Position numbers and translations under genes: made by a program
IMG/VR virus record: IMGVR_UViG_3300044266_000287
Span: 1 to 53,729 of that record
DNA: 53,729 bases
Source of the DNA: a virus
Taxonomy: Duplodnaviria > Caudoviricetes
Reading direction: 5' to 3' (one strand)
Shown here: in pieces, positions 47,668 through 53,729 of the stretch
How the letters are laid out: the number at the start of each line of letters is the position of its first letter
Numbering within the stretch: the first letter of the stretch is position 1
Notes under the pieces: model-generated
Told to the model about the DNA's origin: nothing
Seen by the model: only the letters and a program-made list of their open reading frames with translations
Database searches by the model: none

Positions 47668-48669
47668 ATGGCAACCATTACCACAAGACAAGATTTTACA
47701 AGTTATTGCCTGCGTAGACTAGGTGCTCCGGTTATTGATATCAACGTGGATGATGACCAGGTGAATGACCGTATCGATGATGCACTACAATATTGGCAAG
47801 ATTACCATTTCGATGGTCTACAAAAAGTCTATTATATCAAATATGTAACTGGATCAACCTTGGTTGCGACTGCCAATGTTAGTTCATTCAGTAGCAACGC
47901 TGTTACTCTTATCGGAACAACATCAGGAGCCACAGCATCACTAACATCCGTAGCACCAGATAATGTTACCATGAGTGTTCAATGTGGCCAAGTGCCTTTT
48001 ATTGCAGGTGAAGGTATCAACTATATTGACAGAAGTGGTAATACTCATACTGGCGGTGTTGGTGTACAAAGCTTTGACTTTGGTGACGTAGATAAACGAT
48101 ATTTGGATTTAAGTGGTGCCACAGATGCACAAGGAAATCCAATGGAGATTGTTGGTATTTCTCGTATATTCCCAATCTCAGATTCTCAGGCAACTGTCAA
48201 TATGTTTGACCTTAGATATCAACTTCGTCTAAACGAACTCTACGACTTTACCTCCGCATCGTACATCAACTACACCTTAACACAACAACACTTACGTTCT
48301 CTGGAGATTATGTTTACTGGAGAAGTTCCTATTCGATTCCAAAGACATATGCAAAGATTGTATATTGACTGGAATTGGGGTAACTCAGAAGCACCAATTG
48401 GTACAGTTGTAGTTGCCGAATGTTATGCGGCAATTAATCCAGATGTTTACAATTTGGTATGGAATGACCGTTGGTTAAAAGAGTATGCTACTGCTCTCAT
48501 TAAGAGAACATGGGGAAATAACTTATCTAAATTTGCCGGTCTACAATTACCAGGTGGTGTAACACTTGATGGCAAAACAATTCAACAAGAAGCCGTTACT
48601 GAAATTGAAAGACTTGAAAAAGAAATGGAAATGAATTACGGTGCGCCGCTTGAATGGTTTCTCAATTAA
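47668..48669 (+). CDS. gp13: Neck protein
   Basis: 'YCLRRLGAPVIDINVDDDQ..DRIDDALQY...YHFDG', 'WLKEYATALIK..WG.NL.KF.G.QLPGGVT.DG'. Confidence 0.95.
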   Translation: MATITTRQDFTSYCLRRLGAPVIDINVDDDQVNDRIDDALQYWQDYHFDGLQKVYYIKYVTGSTLVATANVSSFSSNAVTLIGTTSGATASLTSVAPDNVTMSVQCGQVPFIAGEGINYIDRSGNTHTGGVGVQSFDFGDVDKRYLDLSGATDAQGNPMEIVGISRIFPISDSQATVNMFDLRYQLRLNELYDFTSASYINYTLTQQHLRSLEIMFTGEVPIRFQRHMQRLYIDWNWGNSEAPIGTVVVAECYAAINPDVYNLVWNDRWLKEYATALIKRTWGNNLSKFAGLQLPGGVTLDGKTIQQEAVTEIERLEKEMEMNYGAPLEWFLN

Positions 48670-48670
48670 A

Positions 48671-49213
48671 ATGTATCATAATCACCACATAATACCTAAA
48701 CATATGGGTGGGTCAAATGATCCATCAAATTTGATAAAATTAACAATAGAAGAACATGCAGAAGCACATCGTGTATTGTGGGAAAAGTATAAAAAAATTG
48801 AAGATTATTATGCTTGGCAGGGGCTTTTAGGTAATATGACTGGTTATGAAATATTAAAAGGTATAATGTGTTCGGAAAAAATGAGAAAACATCTTTCTGT
48901 TAAAAGCAAAGAATATTGGAATAATTTATCAGAAGAAGAAAAAAAAATAAGATTAGAAAAATTTAATTCATATAAAATTGGAAATAAACATACATTAGGT
49001 AAAACTTGGAAATTATCTGAAGAATCTAAAAAAAATGTTTCGGATTCTAAAAGTCAATATTGGTTGATAACATTTCCAGATGGGCATAAAGAAAAAATAA
49101 AAAATATGTTAGAATTTTGCAGACAAAATAAATTGGACCAAGGAGCCATGTCTAATGTTGCAAAAAAGAAAAACAAACATCACAAAAATTTTGTTTGTGA
49201 GAAAGTAAAATAA
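48671..49213 (+). CDS. Free-standing HNH homing endonuclease
   Basis: 'HHIIPKHMGGSNDPSNL..LT.EEH..AH..L' HNH core; basic NUMOD-like C-terminus; start ATG 48671; very A-rich relative to neighbours. Confidence 0.88.
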   Translation: MYHNHHIIPKHMGGSNDPSNLIKLTIEEHAEAHRVLWEKYKKIEDYYAWQGLLGNMTGYEILKGIMCSEKMRKHLSVKSKEYWNNLSEEEKKIRLEKFNSYKIGNKHTLGKTWKLSEESKKNVSDSKSQYWLITFPDGHKEKIKNMLEFCRQNKLDQGAMSNVAKKKNKHHKNFVCEKVK

Positions 49214-49214
49214 T

Positions 49215-50093
49215 ATGGCAGTTTCACAATACTTCAACAATTACGGATCACTCAACGAACAAAGAGTGATTGAGGATATTATTGTAGAATCCATTAAGAT
49301 AATGGGTTTTGATTCCTATTACATTCCCAATAACAATGCGGTTGCTCGTGACTTGTTATATGGTGAAGATCCAGTTAAAAAATTTGGTACTGCTTATCCA
49401 TTAGAAATGTATCTTTCTAGTTCAATGGAATATTCAGGTGAAAGAGAATTCTTTTCTAAATTTGGTCTTGAAATTAAAAATAATGTTCAAGTTATTTTAT
49501 CTAAGCGTTCTTTCAGTCAACGAGTACCTAATACTATTTCAAGACCACAAGAAGGTGATTTAGTTTATATTCCGTTTTTAAATGGAACAGGTGAATTATT
49601 TGAAATTAAATTTACCAACCAAACAAAAGATTTCTTTATGTTGGGAAGAAAAGTTCCTTATTTCTATGAATTAGAAATGGAGAAATTCAAATTCTCAGAA
49701 GAAATTATTTCTACTGGTATTCCTAATATTGATGCTGTTGTTAGTGATTCAGCATATACATTACATTTGAATACTGGTTCAGGAGCAGGAGTATATGCAA
49801 CAAACGAACTTGTGTACCAATCAACAGACGGATCATATGCGAATGCTCATACTGTTGCTGTTGTTCAGTCCTGGATTCCTGCTACTAACATGTTGTCTGT
49901 GTCCAATATTGCCGGCGAGTTTATTGATGGTCAACAACTTATTGGCCAAACCAGCAACGCACAATACACATTAGTATCATTTGATCCATTATCAAATCCT
50001 GCAAACAAAGAAAATTATGATAATGAATATATTGCTAACAATGCAAGTTCTATTATTGATTTCTCTGAAACAAATCCTTTTGGTAACATATAA
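49215..50093 (+). CDS. gp14: Neck protein
   Basis: 'EQ..IED...ESIK..G.D..Y.P', 'GED...KF..AY..E.Y', 'FSKFGLEI', 'RP.EGDL.Y.P', 'DFSE.NPFG'. Confidence 0.95.
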   Translation: MAVSQYFNNYGSLNEQRVIEDIIVESIKIMGFDSYYIPNNNAVARDLLYGEDPVKKFGTAYPLEMYLSSSMEYSGEREFFSKFGLEIKNNVQVILSKRSFSQRVPNTISRPQEGDLVYIPFLNGTGELFEIKFTNQTKDFFMLGRKVPYFYELEMEKFKFSEEIISTGIPNIDAVVSDSAYTLHLNTGSGAGVYATNELVYQSTDGSYANAHTVAVVQSWIPATNMLSVSNIAGEFIDGQQLIGQTSNAQYTLVSFDPLSNPANKENYDNEYIANNASSIIDFSETNPFGNI

Positions 50094-51100
50094 TGGCCAA
50101 TACAACTTATAATCGTATCATTCGTAAACTTGTTATAGGTTTTGGTAACCTATTTGATGACATTACATTGGTTCGTTACAATCCAGATAATACTGAAGCA
50201 CAAAGATTTATTGTACCTATTGCTTATGCTGCCAAAGAATTATATGTACAACGCCTTGAAGGTGATCCCAATTTAGATAAAAAAGTTCAAATGACTTTAC
50301 CTCGTATGTCGTTTGAAATGAATGGACTAACATATGATGCCACAAGAAAACAAAACACCAACATTAAGCAATTTGCTTCAACTACTGGCGGTGTATTGGC
50401 TCAGTATAATCCTGTGCCTTATAATTTTGACTTTAATCTTTACATATATGTCCGTAATATTGAAGATGGAACCCAAATTATTGAACACATTCTTCCTTAC
50501 TTTACGCCAGACTATACAATCAAATTAAATTTGGTACCTGAAATGGGTATCGTTAAAGAAGTACCTATTATATTAAATTCAACTTCTTCTGAAGTAACAT
50601 ATGAAGGACCAAGAGATTCTGATCCTCGTATGATTATTTGGACTTTAAATTTTACCGTTAAAGGTTTTATATTTGGTCAAACATCAACAGCAGGATTAAT
50701 TAAAACATCTATTACAAATATTTTAAATGATATTGGTCCAAATGATACTGTTCAATTTAATATGGGTGCCACAGGTGTAGGTAAATATCAAATTGGTGAA
50801 AAAGTTTATCAAGGTTATACTATTGGTACTTCTATTGCAACTGCTACAGTAGTAAATTGGAATAGTAACAACTCATTATACTTGACAAACATTAATGGTA
50901 ATTTTGTTTCATCACAACCAATCATTGGTGCAACAACTAACGCAAATTATACTTTCAATTCATATCAAATACAACCATATAACTTTGCACAGATTGTTGT
51001 TACTCCTAATCCAGCAAACGCAAATGCGAACTCAATATATACATATAATACTTCTATAAAAGAAACTGCTAATATAGGAAATACTTACCCAACATCATGA
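50093..51100 (+). CDS. gp15: Tail sheath stabiliser / tail terminator
   Basis: 'IRK.VI.FG.LF.DI', 'VPIAY..K', 'LPRMSFE.....YD..RK', 'PVPYN..F.L', 'QIIE.ILPYFTP', 'WTL.FT.K'. Confidence 0.95.
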   Translation: MANTTYNRIIRKLVIGFGNLFDDITLVRYNPDNTEAQRFIVPIAYAAKELYVQRLEGDPNLDKKVQMTLPRMSFEMNGLTYDATRKQNTNIKQFASTTGGVLAQYNPVPYNFDFNLYIYVRNIEDGTQIIEHILPYFTPDYTIKLNLVPEMGIVKEVPIILNSTSSEVTYEGPRDSDPRMIIWTLNFTVKGFIFGQTSTAGLIKTSITNILNDIGPNDTVQFNMGATGVGKYQIGEKVYQGYTIGTSIATATVVNWNSNNSLYLTNINGNFVSSQPIIGATTNANYTFNSYQIQPYNFAQIVVTPNPANANANSIYTYNTSIKETANIGNTYPTS

Positions 51101-52059
51101 TAATTAATAATTTAACTATATCTGGATTGACTATAATTCCACCCCCACCACCTCCAATTGTAATACAATACTTGGTGGTTGCTGGTGGTGGCGGAGGTGA
51201 TGCTGCTGGTGGCGGAGGCGGAGGTGCAGGAGGATTATTAAATGGGTCGACAACACTTACTTCTGGTGTTAGTTATACAATTACTATTGGTGCTGGCGGA
51301 ACAGGACTTTGTGGTAAAAGTCGACAACCCTACTGTGTGGCAAGTCCCACATTTCCATCTGGTGGACAAAATGGCGCAAACACTAGTTTTTCTGGATCCG
51401 GTTTAACAACACTTACAGCTGTAGGTGGAGGAGGCGGCCTTGGAAATCCTTTATCATCGAGTATGCACGGCAATAATGGTGGTTCTGGTGGAGGTGGGCC
51501 TTTAGTATACGGCGGCGGTGCTGGATATAATTATCCAGGTCCAACACAACAAGGATATCCTGGAGGCAAATCATTTGTGTGTGCCGGTGGCGGAGGCGGA
51601 GGCGGTTATAGTTCAAGCGGCGGTTGTTATCGATCCAATGTTGGTGGTGGTAATGGTGGTAATGGATATACATGGCCATATACAACAAATACCTACGCTG
51701 GTGGCGGAGGCGGCGGTGGTATAACCAATGGGTCACATTCGTGTTTAGTTGGAGGAACAGGAGGACCTGGTGGTGGTGGAGCAGGCGCTCCGTCTACTTC
51801 TGCTGCAGCTAATCCAGGAACTCCAGGAACCTCAGGTACAGGTGGTGGTGGAGGAGGAGGAAATAATTATAATACTCCTGGAGCATTTGCTTGTGGATAT
51901 CGAGGTAATGGCGGAAATGGTGGAAGCGGCACATTTATTTTAGCAATACCAACTCCACAATATCCAGGTTCTGCTCCAGGGGCTACAGTAACAACACCAC
52001 CTGCAGCACCAGGTATGACAGTATTAACATACACATCATCTGGTACATATATAGCGTAA
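51097..52059 (+). CDS. Gly-rich adhesin-like protein (one module) between gp15 and gp16
   Basis: ATGA overlap with gp15; short N-terminal 'MIINNLTISGLTII' plus Pro6 linker; same module and C-terminus as the other Gly-rich genes. Confidence 0.7.
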   Translation: MIINNLTISGLTIIPPPPPPIVIQYLVVAGGGGGDAAGGGGGGAGGLLNGSTTLTSGVSYTITIGAGGTGLCGKSRQPYCVASPTFPSGGQNGANTSFSGSGLTTLTAVGGGGGLGNPLSSSMHGNNGGSGGGGPLVYGGGAGYNYPGPTQQGYPGGKSFVCAGGGGGGGYSSSGGCYRSNVGGGNGGNGYTWPYTTNTYAGGGGGGGITNGSHSCLVGGTGGPGGGGAGAPSTSAAANPGTPGTSGTGGGGGGGNNYNTPGAFACGYRGNGGNGGSGTFILAIPTPQYPGSAPGATVTTPPAAPGMTVLTYTSSGTYIA

Positions 52060-52074
52060 ACAAATAAAAAAATT

Positions 52075-52500
52075 ATGAATGAACTGAATAAAAATTTATC
52101 TGATATATTTGATGTGACACCAATACCAGAAGTTAAAAAAGAAAAACTTCCTACTGTGTCTGCAAAATATAATAAACCGGATATTGAAGAAGATTTGATT
52201 GATGCGTACCAACAATCAAAAGAAAATCTTCAAGGTTTAATAGACCAAGGCCAAGAAGCAATGGAAGAAATATTGAATATTGCCAAAGCAGGTCAACATC
52301 CAAGAGCATTTGAAGTTTACGGAACACTACTAAAAAATGTGGTAGATGCCAATAAAGAATTGTTGGCAATACAAAAACAAATGCGTGATATGGATAAAGA
52401 CAATAAAAAAGGCAAAGGTGATACCAATATTGATAAAGCAATCTTTGTTGGGTCTACAGCTGAATTAGGTAAATTACTAAAAGACAATGGCCACAAGTAA
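52075..52500 (+). CDS. gp16: Terminase small subunit
   Basis: 'Y.....NL..LI..G..A...I...A....HPRA.EV...L.K...D....L', 'FVGSTAEL.KLL'. Confidence 0.92.
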   Translation: MNELNKNLSDIFDVTPIPEVKKEKLPTVSAKYNKPDIEEDLIDAYQQSKENLQGLIDQGQEAMEEILNIAKAGQHPRAFEVYGTLLKNVVDANKELLAIQKQMRDMDKDNKKGKGDTNIDKAIFVGSTAELGKLLKDNGHK

Positions 52501-53729
52501 ACAATCCTACCGTGATAATCCTCTACTCAAAAGAGTAGGCGTACAACAGCAATACACACAAGACCAGTTTGATGAGTATGTCAAGTGTGCTAGAGATCCC
52601 ATTTATTTTACCAAATACATTAAGATTATTACACTAGATGAAGGTCTGGTGCCTTTTGATATGTACGATTTTCAAAAAGATATGATTCGTACATTCCATG
52701 ATAATCGTTTTAGTATTGTTAAATGCCCTCGCCAGGTTGGTAAAACAACCACTACTGTAGCGTATCTTCTTTGGACCGTTCTGTTTAAAGATTCTCAATC
52801 TGTTGCTGTTCTTGCTAACCGTGGTGGTACTGCTCGTGGTATTCTCAGTAAGTTACAATTAGCTTATGAGAATCTGCCTATGTGGTTACAACAAGGTGTG
52901 GTCGAATGGAACAAAGGCCGTATTGAACTAGAAAACGGTTCTGTGATTGTTGCTGATTCAACATCTAGTTCAGCATCACGTTCCGGTTCTTTTAATATTG
53001 TGTTCCTTGATGAGTTTGCTTTCGTACCATCTAATATTGCCTACGACTTTATCACTTCAGTTTATCCTGTGATTACTGCTGGTACTAAAACAAAAATCAT
53101 TATTGTATCAACGCCAAATGGTATGAATTTATTCTACAAAATTTGGAACGATGCAATCAATAAAAAGAATAATTATACTCCGTTTGAAATTCATTGGTCT
53201 ATGGTACCAGGTCGTGATGAAGAATGGAAAGAAGAAACAATTAAAAATACTTCTGAACACCAGTTCCGTCAGGAGTTTGAAACTGAATTCTTAGGTTCTA
53301 CCAACACATTAATTTCTTCCACCAAATTGCAGCAATTATCATATCAACAACCGATTGCTGAACATGACATGATGAGGATTTATAAAAATCCGGTCAAGAG
53401 TGATGGTGAAGGACAAAAAGAACACATGTATGCTATTTGGGTTGACGTATCAGAAGGTAAAGGATTGGACTCATCTGCCTTCTCTGTAGTTGATATTTCT
53501 ACCATGCCGTATGAACAGGTAGCCACATACAAGAGTTCATCTATTTCTACTTTATTATTTCCAACGGTCATCTACAATGCAGCCAGACTGTATAACGATG
53601 CCTATGTTTTAGTAGAAATTAATAATACTCCACAGATTGCTGATATTCTTCACCAAGATTTGGAGTATGAAAACTTATTTAAAGTATTTACTGGTAATAA
53701 AAAACCACAACAATTATCGGCCGGTTTTG
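52487..53729 (+). CDS. gp17: Terminase large subunit (runs off window edge)
   Basis: Not in ORF track. Manual translation from ATG 52487: MATSKQSYRDNPLLK...KCARDPIYF...Walker A 'PRQVGKTT', Walker B 'IVFLDEFAF', 'STPNG.N.FY', nuclease 'VDVSEG.G.D.SAF'. Confidence 0.95.
   Translation, partial: MATSKQSYRDNPLLKRVGVQQQYTQDQFDEYVKCARDPIYFTKYIKIITLDEGLVPFDMYDFQKDMIRTFHDNRFSIVKCPRQVGKTTTTVAYLLWTVLFKDSQSVAVLANRGGTARGILSKLQLAYENLPMWLQQGVVEWNKGRIELENGSVIVADSTSSSASRSGSFNIVFLDEFAFVPSNIAYDFITSVYPVITAGTKTKIIIVSTPNGMNLFYKIWNDAINKKNNYTPFEIHWSMVPGRDEEWKEETIKNTSEHQFRQEFETEFLGSTNTLISSTKLQQLSYQQPIAEHDMMRIYKNPVKSDGEGQKEHMYAIWVDVSEGKGLDSSAFSVVDISTMPYEQVATYKSSSISTLLFPTVIYNAARLYNDAYVLVEINNTPQIADILHQDLEYENLFKVFTGNKKPQQLSAGF

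Noticed and set aside
48641-49213. Group I intron or intein carrying the HNH
   Set aside because: gp13 and gp14 both look complete and the flanks are 1 nt, leaving no room for a ribozyme core
1-53729. Genome-wide stop-codon reassignment; tRNA or rRNA genes
   Set aside because: Core genes translate full-length in the standard code with dense packing; no tRNA- or rRNA-like sequence seen in the few intergenic gaps

Overview
A 53.7-kb AT-rich segment of a large T4-like (myovirus) bacteriophage genome, covering most of the virion morphogenesis region. A short minus-strand block (gp26 partial, gp54/gp19-like, gp2, gp4) is followed by a long plus-strand late region: gp48, gp53, hub, a gp5 split over three genes, gp25, gp6, gp7, gp8, a VrlC/DUF4815-like giant protein, gp13, an HNH endonuclease, gp14, gp15, gp16 and gp17 (partial). 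About 25 kb of accessory fibre and appendage genes are interleaved. These include adaptor/stalk proteins with a 14-residue coiled-coil repeat, small linker proteins, and six genes carrying nine Gly-rich (gp38-like polyglycine) modules with mosaic loops and shared 3' ends. Most notable are the recurring paired terminal motifs at gene junctions, including an Ig-like domain apparently split across an in-frame stop codon twice and an unannotated 50-aa adaptor ORF. An antisense sigma70-type unit of two 2OG-Fe(II) oxygenases sits beside the Pro-Gly-rich genes. All assignments come from motif recognition and synteny; no database searches were run.
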